Below, piece by piece: positions 9,167-19,077 of a stretch of DNA of 64,000 nucleotides (positions within the stretch are counted from its first letter, which is position 1; each line of letters starts with the position of its first letter). Under the pieces are notes generated by a model. The model saw only the letters and a program-made list of their open reading frames with translations, did not search any database and was not told where the DNA came from. Position numbers and translations under genes: made by a program. Origin of the DNA: an uncultured Chloroflexia bacterium. GTDB lineage: Bacteria > Chloroflexota > Limnocylindria > Limnocylindrales > CSP1-4. The DNA lies in contig CAVPIF010000003.1 in the NCBI GenBank assembly GCA_963704935.1, positions 542,024 to 606,023 on the forward strand. Reading direction: 5' to 3'.

Positions 9167-10315
9167 TCAGATCGCCGGCGAGCCGAACCGGGCCGGATCG
9201 AGCGTCGCGGGCGGGGACGACACACGGCCGGCGATGAGATCCGCGACCAGCCGACCGGAGGCAGGGCCGGTGGAGATGCCCCAGGGACCATGCCCGGCGG
9301 CGACCCACAGGCCCTCGACCGACGGGATCCTCCCGATCAGGGGACGTCCGTCATCACTCAGCGGTCGGGCGCAGACGCGAAACGTTCCCAGCCTCGCGTT
9401 CGAGATCGCCGGCACGAATCGCGCGCCGCGCTCCACGAGGGCGGGCAACCGTGCGGCAGCGTCCGGCTCCGCTCCCAGGAACGTGGAGCCCAGTGAGCTG
9501 GCGCCGTCGGCCGTGATCAGGCTGAACGCGGCGCTGTCCCGGCCCGCAGTCGGGGCCCCTGCCGGCTCGATCTCGATCGCCGCTTCCTCGAGTACGTGGC
9601 CCGGTGGCGTGGACAGCTCCACTGTCACGACGACGCCCCACAGCGGGCGGATCGGTCGCCAGGTCCCGGAGGGGTCGACGAGCGCCGAGGTCCACGGGCC
9701 GGCGGCGACGAGGAGCGTCTCCGTCGGCAGCATCCGGCCGTCATCCAGCCGGGCGCCGACCACCCGACCCTGGATGATCTCGGGGCGCGCGCCCGTCGCC
9801 GTGCGGATCTCGACGCCGAGATCGTGCGCCAGGGCCGCATAGGCATGCGTGGCGCGCGCCGGGCCCACCGGGTACCCGATCTCCAGGCGGCAGGCGGCGA
9901 TCCCGCCGGCGACGCCGGGCTCCAGGCGTCGGACCTCCTCCGCGGTCAGGAACGTGGGCGTGAGCCCGGGGTAGGCCGCAACCTGACTCCGCGCGAGGTC
10001 CCGGGCCTGGACTTCGTCGTCGGTCAACTGGAGCAGTCCCGCTGGCCGGTCCGGAAGGCGGAACGTCCCTCCAGACCGGGCTTCCAGCCGGCGGTAGAGC
10101 GCCAGGGTCTCGAGGTGCAGGGACACGAGCACCGGATCGAACGGGTGCTGGACGACCCCGGAGTTCCGGCCGGACGCGCCCGCAGCCACGCGATCACGCT
10201 CCAGGAGGAGGACGCGCCGTCCGGTCTCGGCGACGTGCGCCGCGGCCGACACCCCGATGATGCCGCCGCCGATGACGATGACGTCAGGGGCGGCGGACCG
10301 GTCAGCACGCGACAT
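9167..10315 (-). CDS. FAD-dependent oxidoreductase (DAO family; glycine/D-amino-acid oxidase-like)
   Basis: Internal ATG gives 383 aa. DVIVIGGGIIGVSAAAHVA, 19 residues then ERDRVAAGASGRNSG is the DAO-family dinucleotide-binding signature. The upstream 217 codons of the ORF look non-coding. Confidence 0.75.
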   Translation of the reverse strand: MSRADRSAAPDVIVIGGGIIGVSAAAHVAETGRRVLLLERDRVAAGASGRNSGVVQHPFDPVLVSLHLETLALYRRLEARSGGTFRLPDRPAGLLQLTDDEVQARDLARSQVAAYPGLTPTFLTAEEVRRLEPGVAGGIAACRLEIGYPVGPARATHAYAALAHDLGVEIRTATGARPEIIQGRVVGARLDDGRMLPTETLLVAAGPWTSALVDPSGTWRPIRPLWGVVVTVELSTPPGHVLEEAAIEIEPAGAPTAGRDSAAFSLITADGASSLGSTFLGAEPDAAARLPALVERGARFVPAISNARLGTFRVCARPLSDDGRPLIGRIPSVEGLWVAAGHGPWGISTGPASGRLVADLIAGRVSSPPATLDPARFGSPAI

Positions 10316-10354
10316 CGGCCGATGATGGCAGGTGACAGGCCTCGGCGCGGCGTC

Positions 10355-10377
10355 CGTCACGCGTCGTTGTGACGTCA
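10355..10377. promoter_or_regulatory. palindromic element (CGTCAC, 8-nt spacer, GTGACG; core TGACGTCA) in the divergent marR intergenic region
   Basis: Read directly from the 90-bp gap between the FAD-oxidoreductase (minus) and MarR (plus) starts. Confidence 0.25.
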
Positions 10378-10405
10378 ACCACTGGGGACGGTGTAGCATC
10401 CCGGC

Positions 10406-10924
10406 ATGGTCATCACCGAGCCGGTCCGCGGACGACCGTTGATCGCCAGGGACCCGCGCCTCGCCCCGTGGCAAGCGTTCCTGAGTGCGCACACCCTGAT
10501 CACCCGACGGCTCGACGAGGAGCTGCGGATGGAGCACGACCTGTCGCTGGCCGAGTACGGCACCCTCCTGGCCATCGCGTGGGCACCGGATCGGAGGATC
10601 CGGATGCGCACCCTCGCCGACTCCATCTTCCTGAGCAAGAGCGGCGTCACCCGGCTGATCGACCGACTCGTCGCCGATGGACTGGTGGAGCGGTCCGCCT
10701 GCCTCGCCGACGCCCGCGGCGCCGAAGCCGTGCTGACGACGGCCGGTCTGGAGCGGCTGCGGGCCGCCTCGAAGACCCACCTGCGGGGCATCGACGCCCA
10801 TTTCCTCGGCGCGCTCGATGACGAGGCCCTGACCACGATCGAGCGGTCGATGCGCGCGGTCGCCGATCGCGCAGAGCGCGAGACCGATGTCTGCGCAACC
10901 GTCCACGACCCTGGCGACCGCTGA
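10406..10924 (+). CDS. MarR-family transcriptional regulator
   Basis: 172 aa. Winged-helix region LSLAEYGTLLAIAW ... LSKSGVTRLIDRLVADGLVER. Confidence 0.8.
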   Translation: MVITEPVRGRPLIARDPRLAPWQAFLSAHTLITRRLDEELRMEHDLSLAEYGTLLAIAWAPDRRIRMRTLADSIFLSKSGVTRLIDRLVADGLVERSACLADARGAEAVLTTAGLERLRAASKTHLRGIDAHFLGALDDEALTTIERSMRAVADRAERETDVCATVHDPGDR

Positions 10925-11687
10925 CCCAGGCCCGCCCACCCGGGTCGGCCGGCTCCGCGTCGGCACCAGCGGGTTCGCCTATCCGGGCTGGATCCCGCGG
11001 TTCTATCCGCCCGGTACCCGCGGCGACGGACTCCTCCGCCACTACGCTGGTCAGCTCGACGCCGTCGAGTTGAACAACACCTTCTACCAGCAGCCATCCG
11101 CGGCCAAGGTGGCGGCCTGGCTCGCCGCGACGCCGCCCGACTTCCGCTTCAGCGTCAAGGCCCAGCGGGGCGGGTCGTTCCGCGCTCTCGCGACGCAGCC
11201 GGAGCCTGGCCTGCCGTGGTTGACCGGTCCGTATCGGGCCTTCGAGGGCCGCCTCGGGACGGTCCTGTTCCGCGTCCCGGACGGGATCGGGCGTGACGAT
11301 GCCCGTCTCGCGGCGATGCTCGACGCGTGGCCGAGTGACCTGCCATTGACCGTGGAGTTCCAGGACCCGACCTGGCACGTTGATGCGACGCTCGCCGCCC
11401 TGGCGGCCGTGGGTGCTGTGCTGTGCGCGACCGACCAGCCGGAGGACCCGGAACCTCCGACCCTGCGACGGACCGGGCCCTTCCTCTACCTGCGCCTCCG
11501 GCGCCACGACTATGCGGACGGCGAGATCCGGGCGTGGGCGGCGCGCCTGGAGCCGTTCCTCGCAGCGGGCGACGACGTCTACGTGTTCTTCCGTCACGAC
11601 GACACGGGCCGCGGTCCGGAACTGGCCCAGGCGCTCGTGGCGGCGACGGACGGTCGATCCAGGGACGGCCCCTGCGGCGACGGATAG
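10887..11687 (+). CDS. DUF72-family protein
   Basis: GTSGFAYPGWIPRFYP and LDAVELNNTFYQQP are hallmark DUF72 motifs. The 38-nt overlap with marR suggests the real start may be later. Confidence 0.7.
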   Translation: MSAQPSTTLATADPGPPTRVGRLRVGTSGFAYPGWIPRFYPPGTRGDGLLRHYAGQLDAVELNNTFYQQPSAAKVAAWLAATPPDFRFSVKAQRGGSFRALATQPEPGLPWLTGPYRAFEGRLGTVLFRVPDGIGRDDARLAAMLDAWPSDLPLTVEFQDPTWHVDATLAALAAVGAVLCATDQPEDPEPPTLRRTGPFLYLRLRRHDYADGEIRAWAARLEPFLAAGDDVYVFFRHDDTGRGPELAQALVAATDGRSRDGPCGDG

Positions 11688-11712
11688 GACCGAACCCGGC
11701 CCCGTTCCAGGC

Positions 11713-13116
11713 CTACCGTCGATCGCCCTCCGGACCGGTTCCCACCGCCAGCTCGAAGCCCAGTTCCGATGCCACCCGGTCCCGCGCTTCCGGCGTCTCG
11801 AACGACACCAGGATGGTGCCCGTCCCGGCTCCCAGCCGCAGCGCCGGCCGGCCACCCCGCGCCGTGATCACGGCGCCGACGTCCATCGAGGTCAGCTCGT
11901 CGTGCCCGAGCGCCACGCCCTCCGGGAGGCCCTGGCGCTCGACGATCATCGTCGACTCGAGCGGCGGTTCCAGGACGAACCGGACGACGTCGGCCGGTGC
12001 CTCGCGGACATGGACGAGGCCGGTCGGCGCCCGGAGTCGTCCGCTGACCCGGGCCGGTAACCGCTCGCCCGGGGCGAAGGACCGCCCCGCGGGAGGAGAC
12101 CCGCCACCGGGGCGGAACACGACGTAGCCGCCGAGCGCGCCCACGGCGATGACCGCCGCCACGACGACCAGGGCCGCGGCGGCGGCAAACAGGGCCGCGG
12201 CGTTCGCGGGTGCGGCCCCTTCCTCCAGGAGATAGATCGGCGACAGGGAGATCCCGAACTCGGACAGCGTCGGACCGGGGGCGGCCGCCGATTCGGCGAT
12301 GGCCCGGGCATCGCGGTGGAGGATGCCCGTGAAGGCTGCGGGCAGATATTCGGGCGACTCGTCCGTGAGGACCACCACCCCACGCCGACTCACCGGGTCG
12401 TACACGATGACGTCGTAAAGGTCCACCTCATCGTCCGAGCAGGTTCCGTCACCATCGGGATCCGCCGAACAGGCGGTCAGGAACTCGACGAGGCGCGAGG
12501 CATCGAGCGTGATGGACGTCCCGTCGGGCGGGAGGTCCAGGCTCAGGTCGTGCGGGGCGCCGGAACCGGCCACGGTCGCGTCGATGTAGCGGTCCGGGTC
12601 GATGTCCAGGTCGGCGATACTCGGATCGTCGCCCAGGTACTCGAGGTCGAGGTCGACATACGTCGGGTCGTTGACCACCGTGCCGCTCGCCGAGAAGGTG
12701 TAGATGGACCACGGCGGTCGCTCTGAACGCACCATGACCCCGTCGTCCGCGCCGGCGGACAGCAGGAAGTAGTCCCAGCCGGTCCCGACCTCGTCGGCAT
12801 CCTGGTTGCCGTCGGCGTCGGTATCGTCATAGGTCTCCACGTAGGTGCTCGGAAGGCGCCCGGAGATGGTCGCGTAGACCCGGTCACCGAGGCCGTCGGA
12901 CGTCGCGATCACCGCGGGATCCAGGGTCCTGAGCGTCCCGCTGCCGGTCGATTCGAGCCCGACCACGAACAGCCCGCCGGCCACGAGCGCGAACAACCCG
13001 GCCGCGATGAGCGAGGCCGGCTGCGCGGCCAGCGAGGTCCCGGGCAGCACGCTCCGGACGAATCGGTCGACGGTCGCACTGACGGCGCCGGCACCGGAGA
13101 TCAGCCGATCGATCAT
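11713..13116 (-). CDS. hypothetical membrane-anchored protein with an Asp-rich extracytoplasmic region
   Basis: N-terminal TM helix, a second TM near residue 330, and acidic low-complexity stretches (DPDGDGTCSDDEVD). Start chosen at an internal Met. Confidence 0.45.
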   Translation of the reverse strand: MIDRLISGAGAVSATVDRFVRSVLPGTSLAAQPASLIAAGLFALVAGGLFVVGLESTGSGTLRTLDPAVIATSDGLGDRVYATISGRLPSTYVETYDDTDADGNQDADEVGTGWDYFLLSAGADDGVMVRSERPPWSIYTFSASGTVVNDPTYVDLDLEYLGDDPSIADLDIDPDRYIDATVAGSGAPHDLSLDLPPDGTSITLDASRLVEFLTACSADPDGDGTCSDDEVDLYDVIVYDPVSRRGVVVLTDESPEYLPAAFTGILHRDARAIAESAAAPGPTLSEFGISLSPIYLLEEGAAPANAAALFAAAAALVVVAAVIAVGALGGYVVFRPGGGSPPAGRSFAPGERLPARVSGRLRAPTGLVHVREAPADVVRFVLEPPLESTMIVERQGLPEGVALGHDELTSMDVGAVITARGGRPALRLGAGTGTILVSFETPEARDRVASELGFELAVGTGPEGDRR

Positions 13117-13208
13117 GAGCCCTCCCGGGTCGCAGCCTAGCAGGCACGAGGGCCACTCCACAGGGCCACTCCACGCCTCCCTCGCGCATCCCGACTACGA
13201 TCGTCGGC

Positions 13209-14507
13209 ATGCCCCCAGGGAGCCTGCGCCCGCGCCTACCGCCCGCCACCCTCACCGCCGGCCTCGCCATGGTGCTGCTCGCGGCCGCCTGCGCGGCGAC
13301 CGGGCCGAGCGGGGCAGCTTCCACGCGCCCGGCGGCGTCCGCGACCGCCGAGCCGACATCGACCGCGGCAGCCACATCGGCCCCGACCGATGGGCCCTCG
13401 CCGGCATCACCCGCCTGGGACCGGAGCCTGGTCCTGGAGCCGGTCGCGACCGGGCTCGATGACCCGCTGGACCTGGCCGTCCGCCCGGTCGACCCGGATG
13501 CCCTGTTCGTCGCCGAGCAGGTCGGCCGCATCCGGGTCCTGCGTGGCGGGATCGTGGCGCCGACCGCAGTCCTGGACATCCGGGCCGCCGTCAGCGCGGG
13601 CGGGGAGCGCGGGCTCCTGGGGCTGGCATTCCACCCGGATCCGGCCGATGACCGGCTGTTCGTGTACTACACGGCGAGCGATGGCCGCCAGGTCGTGTCG
13701 TCCTTCCGGATGGCTCCGGGTGCGACCGACCGCGCGGACCCGGACAGCGAGACGGTCCTGCTCCGGATGGACGACCCGTTCGGCAATCACAACGGTGGAG
13801 GGCTGGCCTTCGGGCCGGACGGGTACCTGTACATCGCGACGGGAGACGGCGGCGGCGGCGGAGACCCGCTCGATTCGGGCCGGCGGCTGGACACGCTCCT
13901 GGCCAAGGTGCTGCGGGTCGATGTCGATGGCGGCAACCCGGATGGGGCGCCCTACGGCATCCCCGCGGACAACCCGTTCGTGGGGGTCTCCGGCGCCCAG
14001 CCCGAGATCTGGCACACGGGACTGCGCAACCCGTGGCGCATCCGTTTCGACCGGGAGACCGGGGACCTGTGGATCGGGGACGTGGGCCAGGGGGCGTGGG
14101 AGGAGATCGACCGGGCCCCGGCCGGGGTGGGCGGACTGGACTTCGGCTGGAACCTGATGGAGGGCAGCCACTGCTATCGGTCGGCATCCTCGGACTGCGC
14201 GGAGCCCGGCCTGACCCTGCCGGTCGCGGAATACGGGCACGACGAGGGCTGTTCGGTGACCGGCGGCACGGTCTATCGCGGCAGCGCACAGCCGGCGCTG
14301 GCCGGCTGGTACATCTTCGCCGACTACTGCTCGGGGCGGTTCTGGGTCCTCGACGCCGCGGCGGCGGGGGTCGTGCCACAGGCACCCCTCGTGGCGCTCG
14401 ACTCCGGTCGGCGGATCAGCGCCATCGCCGAGGACGCGGCGGGAGAGCTCTACGCGACCGACTTGGCGTCCGGCGAAGTGCTGCGGATCACCGCGACACC
14501 GCGCTGA
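13209..14507 (+). CDS. PQQ-dependent soluble aldose sugar dehydrogenase (YliI/GSDH family), lipoprotein
   Basis: Signal peptide with lipobox LAAAC. Motifs FGNHNGGGLAFGPDGYLYIATGDGG, HTGLRNPWR and GWYIFADYCSG match beta-propeller sugar dehydrogenases. Confidence 0.8.
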   Translation: MPPGSLRPRLPPATLTAGLAMVLLAAACAATGPSGAASTRPAASATAEPTSTAAATSAPTDGPSPASPAWDRSLVLEPVATGLDDPLDLAVRPVDPDALFVAEQVGRIRVLRGGIVAPTAVLDIRAAVSAGGERGLLGLAFHPDPADDRLFVYYTASDGRQVVSSFRMAPGATDRADPDSETVLLRMDDPFGNHNGGGLAFGPDGYLYIATGDGGGGGDPLDSGRRLDTLLAKVLRVDVDGGNPDGAPYGIPADNPFVGVSGAQPEIWHTGLRNPWRIRFDRETGDLWIGDVGQGAWEEIDRAPAGVGGLDFGWNLMEGSHCYRSASSDCAEPGLTLPVAEYGHDEGCSVTGGTVYRGSAQPALAGWYIFADYCSGRFWVLDAAAAGVVPQAPLVALDSGRRISAIAEDAAGELYATDLASGEVLRITATPR

Positions 14508-15558
14508 CGGTCGGCGCCCCCGCCAGTACGTTCCGGTAGATGGCCTCGTACCCGTCGGCCATGCGCTCGACCGAAAACCGCGAGGCGACGGATACCCGGA
14601 TGGCCGCCCGATCGAGTCCATCGACGGAGTCGACCGCCGCGGCCATCGCCGCCACGTCGTCTCGCAGGAAGCCGTCGGTCCCATCGCGGACGACCTCGGG
14701 CAGCGCGCCCGTCCGGCGCGCGATCACCGGCGTCCCGCAGGCCATCGACTCGATGGCGACGAGGCCGAACGGCTCCGGCCACGGACCCGGCATCAACGTG
14801 GCGTGGCTCTCGCCGAACAGCCGATCCCGGTCCGGTTCGGACAGCTCGCCGAGGAACTCCACCTCGGGCCCGGCCGCCATGATGGCCGGCGCCAGCACCG
14901 ACAGGTAGTAGCCACGCTCGGCGCCACCGGGCGCCACCTTTGCCGCGATCCGCAGGCGTCGGCCGGATCGGCGGGCGATCTCGATCGCCTCGAGGATCCC
15001 CTTCTCCGGGGCGGCTCGGCCGACGAAGCACAGGGCCTCGCCGCGGACCACGTCGGCCGGGATCCGATCGAACCGCAGTCCGTTGTGGACCACGGTCCAC
15101 GGGACCTGCGGGTGGGTGGACGCCTGGTCTCGACTGATCGCCACGAGGCCGGCGGGCGGGTCCTCGAGGAGCCTCGCAGCCCAGGGCAGGTCGAGGCGAC
15201 CGTGGAAGGTCGTGACGACCGGGACCGGGCTCAACTTCGCCAGCAGCAGGCTGGCCCACTCGACGTGGGCGTGGATCAGGTCGAACTCTCCTGCCCGCGC
15301 GAGCACCTCATGGATGGTCAGGTGGACGTACGGCATCGGATCGCCGGTGAACCCGGCCGGCCGGAGCGCGTCCGCCACGGTCGGGACGTGCCGGCCCGGC
15401 ACGTCCGAATCGCCCGAAGCGAAGGTGGTCACGGCATGGCCGCGACGGTCGAGCTCCGTGACCAGGGCGTGGATGACTCGCTCGGTTCCGCCGTATGCCA
15501 GGGGCGGCACCCGTTCGAAGGGCGGGGCGACCTGGGCGATGCGCAGCAAGCGGGACAT
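14488..15558 (-). CDS. glycosyltransferase family 4
   Basis: N-terminus LRIAQVAPPFERVPPLAYGGTERV. C-terminal motif EPFGLVAIESMACGTPVIA is the GT4 E-x7-E region. Confidence 0.75.
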   Translation of the reverse strand: MSRLLRIAQVAPPFERVPPLAYGGTERVIHALVTELDRRGHAVTTFASGDSDVPGRHVPTVADALRPAGFTGDPMPYVHLTIHEVLARAGEFDLIHAHVEWASLLLAKLSPVPVVTTFHGRLDLPWAARLLEDPPAGLVAISRDQASTHPQVPWTVVHNGLRFDRIPADVVRGEALCFVGRAAPEKGILEAIEIARRSGRRLRIAAKVAPGGAERGYYLSVLAPAIMAAGPEVEFLGELSEPDRDRLFGESHATLMPGPWPEPFGLVAIESMACGTPVIARRTGALPEVVRDGTDGFLRDDVAAMAAAVDSVDGLDRAAIRVSVASRFSVERMADGYEAIYRNVLAGAPTVSAVSR

Positions 15559-15635
15559 GTTGTGGGGCACCTCGAGACCCACGTCCCAGTGTCTCACCCG
15601 GCGACGGATCCGGCCGCCAGGAGCCGCCGCGGGAT

Positions 15636-18329
15636 TCAGAGGGCGAGCGGGTCCACCTTCTCCGGGTCGATGTCGAGGTCGCGGATCGCCGCCGCCGCCC
15701 TGTCCGCCCCGATCGCGCCGGAGCGGGCGAGCGAGACCATCGTGGCCGCGGCGATGTGCGGCGGGTCGATCTCGAACAGTGCCCGCAGGTCCTCGCGGGT
15801 CCCACTCCGCCCGAACCCGTCCGTGCCAAGCGACAGGTAATGCGGTGGCAGCCAGCGGCTGACCATGTCCGGGAGCGACTTCATCCAGTCGGTCGCGGCG
15901 ATGATCGGCCCGCCGGTGCTCGGCAGGACGCGCGAAACGTGCGCCACGCGCGGCTTGCGGGCATCCGGGTGCAGTCGATTCCAGCGATCGGCCTCCAGGG
16001 CGTCGCGCCGGAGGAGCGGGAAGGACGGGGCGCTGTAGACCTCGGCCGCGACGCCGAACCGCTCGGCCAGCAGGTCACGCGCGGCGAGGACCTGGTTGAG
16101 GATGGAACCCGAACCGACGAGTCGGGCGGCGTGGGCGCCCTTGCCGAGCTTCGGTGCCGCAGCGAAGCGGTAGATCCCCCGGAGGATCGCCTCGTCCGTG
16201 ATGCCGCTCGGGCGCGCAGGCTGTGCGTAGTTCTCGTTGTGGAGGGTCACGTAGTAGAAGACGTCCTCCGGCGTCGAGCCGTACATCCGCTCGATACCGT
16301 CGCGGACGATCGCCGACAACTCATAGGCGAACGCCGGGTCATACCCGCGGACATTGGGGACGGTCGAAGCGAGGATGTGGGTGTGCCCGTCGTCGTGCTG
16401 GAGTCCCTCTCCGGCCAGGGTCGTGCGCCCGGCGGTGGCCCCCATGAGGAAGCCGCGTCCGCGCGCGTCCCCGAACGCCCAGATCTGGTCGCCCGTCCGC
16501 TGGAACCCGAACATCGAGTAGAAGATGTAGAACGGGATCATCGCCAGGCCGTGGGTGGCGTACGAGGTGCCCGCGGCCTGCAGCGAGGCCATCGAGCCGG
16601 CCTCGGTGATGCCCTCCTCCAGGACCTGGCCGTCGGTCGCCTCGCGGTAGGACAGGACGAGGTCGGAGTCGACCGGCTCGTAGCGCTGCCCCAGGGCGGC
16701 GTAGATGCCGACTTCCTTGAACAGCGGGTCCATGCCGAAGGTCCGGGCCTCGTCCGGGATGATCGGCACGATCCGCGGTCCCAGCTCCTTGTCGCGGATC
16801 AGGTTGCGCAGGATCCGGGTGAAGACCATCGTCGTCGAGACCGGCGTCTGGCTGCCGGCCTCGAATTCGGCGTCCACGGCGGGCGCCGGCGCCGGGAGCG
16901 GTTTCGATCGGACGACGCGCTTGGGGATCTGACCGTCCAGCGACCGTCGCCGCTCCAGCAGGTACTCGACCTCCGGCGACTTCGGGCCCGGGTGGTAGTA
17001 GGGCGCGTCCTTGAGCTTGCTGTCGGGGATGGGCAACTCGATCCGGTCGCGGAAGACGCGCAGCTCGTTCTCCGAGAGCTTCTTCGCCTGGTGGGTCATG
17101 TTGCGTGCCTCGACGCCCGCGCCCAGGGTCCAGCCCTTCACGGTCTTGGCCAGGATCACGGTCGGCGCGCCCTGGTAATCCGTGGCCGCCTTGTAGGCGG
17201 CGTACAGCTTCCGGTAGTCATGGCCGCCTCGGCGAAGCTTGGCGAGGTCATCGTCGGACAGGTGCTCGACGAGCTTGCGCAGTCGCGGGTCGGGGCCGAA
17301 GAAGTGGTCCCGGATGTAGCCGCCGCCAGCGACGCTGAACTTCTGGAACTCCCCGTCGAGCGTTTCGTTCATCTGCTGGACCAGGACGCCGTCGACGTCG
17401 CGCGCCAGCAGCTCGTCCCACTCGCGCGCCCAGATCACCTTGATGACGTTCCAGCCCGAACCGCGGAAGACCGCCTCCAGCTCCTGGATGATCTTGCCGT
17501 TCCCGCGCACCGGGCCGTCCAGACGCTGCAGGTTGCAGTTGACCACGAAGGTCAGGTTGTCCAGGCCCTCGCGCGCCGCCAGGTGCAGGGCGCCGAGCGA
17601 TTCCGGCTCGTCGGTCTCCCCATCGCCGAGGAACGCCCAGACCCGCGACCGGCTCGTGTCCAGCAGCCCCCGGTTGTGGAGGTACCGGTTGTAGCGGGCC
17701 TGGTAGATCGCCGAGATCGGACCGATGCCCATGGAGACCGTCGGGTACTCCCAGAAGTCGGGCATCAGGCGCGGATGTGGATAGGAACTGAGGCCTGGCT
17801 GGCCGGGGATGGTCTCGCGCCGGAAGTGGTCAAGCTGGCCTTCGGTCAGGCGGCCCTCCAGGAACGCGCGGGCATAGATGCCGGGCGCAGCGTGGCCCTG
17901 GTAGAAGATCTGGTCGCCGCTCCCCTCCCCATCCTTGCCGCGGAAGAAGTGATTGAAGCCCGTCTCGTACAGGCTGGCGCTGCTCGCGTACGTCGAGAGG
18001 TGACCGCCGATGCCGGGGAAGCTGGTGTTCGCGCGCAGGACCATGGCGACGGCGTTCCAGCGAACGATCCGGCGGATGCGCAATTCCATCGCCTCGTCGC
18101 CCGGAAAGGTCGGCTCCTGTTCGGGACTGATCGTGTTGATGTAGCGCGTCTGGGTGAGCGGCGGCAGCCCGATCTGCAGCTGGCGAGCGCGTTTGAGCAG
18201 CTTGTAGACGAGGAACCGGGCCCGCGTCTCCCCGGCCTGCTCGACGACCTGGTCGAGCGACGTGACCCAGTCCTCGGTCTCGGATGGGTCGATGTCGGGA
18301 AGCTGGTGTTTGAACTCGTCGAAGTACAT
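15636..18329 (-). CDS. aceE: pyruvate dehydrogenase E1 component, homodimeric type
   Basis: About 898 aa from an internal Met (MYFDEFKHQLPDIDPSETEDW). Thiamine-diphosphate-binding region GDGETDEPESLGAL and an AceE-like C-terminus. Confidence 0.9.
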   Translation of the reverse strand: MYFDEFKHQLPDIDPSETEDWVTSLDQVVEQAGETRARFLVYKLLKRARQLQIGLPPLTQTRYINTISPEQEPTFPGDEAMELRIRRIVRWNAVAMVLRANTSFPGIGGHLSTYASSASLYETGFNHFFRGKDGEGSGDQIFYQGHAAPGIYARAFLEGRLTEGQLDHFRRETIPGQPGLSSYPHPRLMPDFWEYPTVSMGIGPISAIYQARYNRYLHNRGLLDTSRSRVWAFLGDGETDEPESLGALHLAAREGLDNLTFVVNCNLQRLDGPVRGNGKIIQELEAVFRGSGWNVIKVIWAREWDELLARDVDGVLVQQMNETLDGEFQKFSVAGGGYIRDHFFGPDPRLRKLVEHLSDDDLAKLRRGGHDYRKLYAAYKAATDYQGAPTVILAKTVKGWTLGAGVEARNMTHQAKKLSENELRVFRDRIELPIPDSKLKDAPYYHPGPKSPEVEYLLERRRSLDGQIPKRVVRSKPLPAPAPAVDAEFEAGSQTPVSTTMVFTRILRNLIRDKELGPRIVPIIPDEARTFGMDPLFKEVGIYAALGQRYEPVDSDLVLSYREATDGQVLEEGITEAGSMASLQAAGTSYATHGLAMIPFYIFYSMFGFQRTGDQIWAFGDARGRGFLMGATAGRTTLAGEGLQHDDGHTHILASTVPNVRGYDPAFAYELSAIVRDGIERMYGSTPEDVFYYVTLHNENYAQPARPSGITDEAILRGIYRFAAAPKLGKGAHAARLVGSGSILNQVLAARDLLAERFGVAAEVYSAPSFPLLRRDALEADRWNRLHPDARKPRVAHVSRVLPSTGGPIIAATDWMKSLPDMVSRWLPPHYLSLGTDGFGRSGTREDLRALFEIDPPHIAAATMVSLARSGAIGADRAAAAIRDLDIDPEKVDPLAL

Positions 18330-18471
18330 GCGGGTGCTGCTCCGTTGCGGCGCCGGCGGGCGCACCGCCAAAGCCTAGCCCATCCGTTCCCGGACCGGCC
18401 GCAACGCCAACGTTGCGACTGGGGTCCACGCCGCGATCGGCCGAGGTCCCGCGGCCTGCTACGCTCGGGCG

Positions 18472-19077
18472 ATGCAGCGATACGACCCGCAGACGGCCCT
18501 CGTGGTCGTCGACCTCCAGAACGACTTCGCGGACCCGGCCGGGGGCCTGTCCGTGGCCGGCGGCGACACCATCGTCCCGGTGGTGAACGACGAGATCGCC
18601 GCAGCCATCGAAGCCGGTGCGACCGTCGTGTTCACCCAGGACTGGCATCCCGAGGCCACCCCGCATTTCGCGAAGGACGGGGGCATCTGGCCGGTCCATT
18701 GCGTGGCGGACAGCTGGGGTGCGGATCTCCACCCCGACGTCCGCGTCCCGGATGACGCCATCCGTGTCCGCAAGGGGGTGGACGGACAGGACGGCTACAG
18801 CGGCTTCACGATGCGTGACCCGGTCCACGGCGCCACGGTCCCGACCGAGCTCGAGGCGCGGCTCCATGAGCGTGCGATCGGGCGGATCGTCGTCGTCGGG
18901 CTGGCGACCGATTACTGCGTCAAGGCGACCGCGCTCGATGCCGCGCGGCTCGGCTTCGAGACGATCGTCATCACGGACGCCATCGCGGCGGTCGGCCTCA
19001 CGCCGGGCGATGGGGCGCGGGCGCTCGATGAGCTGCGCGCGGCGGGTGTCGAGCTTCGGGCGGCGGCGCAGCCGTGA
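18472..19077 (+). CDS. pncA: nicotinamidase/pyrazinamidase (isochorismatase family)
   Basis: VVVDLQNDF supplies the Asp, RKG the Lys and ATDYCV the Cys of the catalytic triad; the pattern matches PncA. Confidence 0.65.
   Translation: MQRYDPQTALVVVDLQNDFADPAGGLSVAGGDTIVPVVNDEIAAAIEAGATVVFTQDWHPEATPHFAKDGGIWPVHCVADSWGADLHPDVRVPDDAIRVRKGVDGQDGYSGFTMRDPVHGATVPTELEARLHERAIGRIVVVGLATDYCVKATALDAARLGFETIVITDAIAAVGLTPGDGARALDELRAAGVELRAAAQP

Noticed and set aside
8451-9308. 285-aa minus-strand ORF spanning the MFS and FAD-oxidoreductase gene ends
   Set aside because: It overlaps two well-supported genes on opposite strands and has Arg/Pro-rich composition.
10369-10821. 150-aa plus-strand ORF overlapping marR in another frame
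   Set aside because: The MarR frame has the winged-helix motifs. This frame is Arg/Pro/Gly-rich.
15495-18755. 1086-aa plus-strand ORF
   Set aside because: Antisense to aceE, whose own reading frame carries clear E1 motifs. GC artefact.
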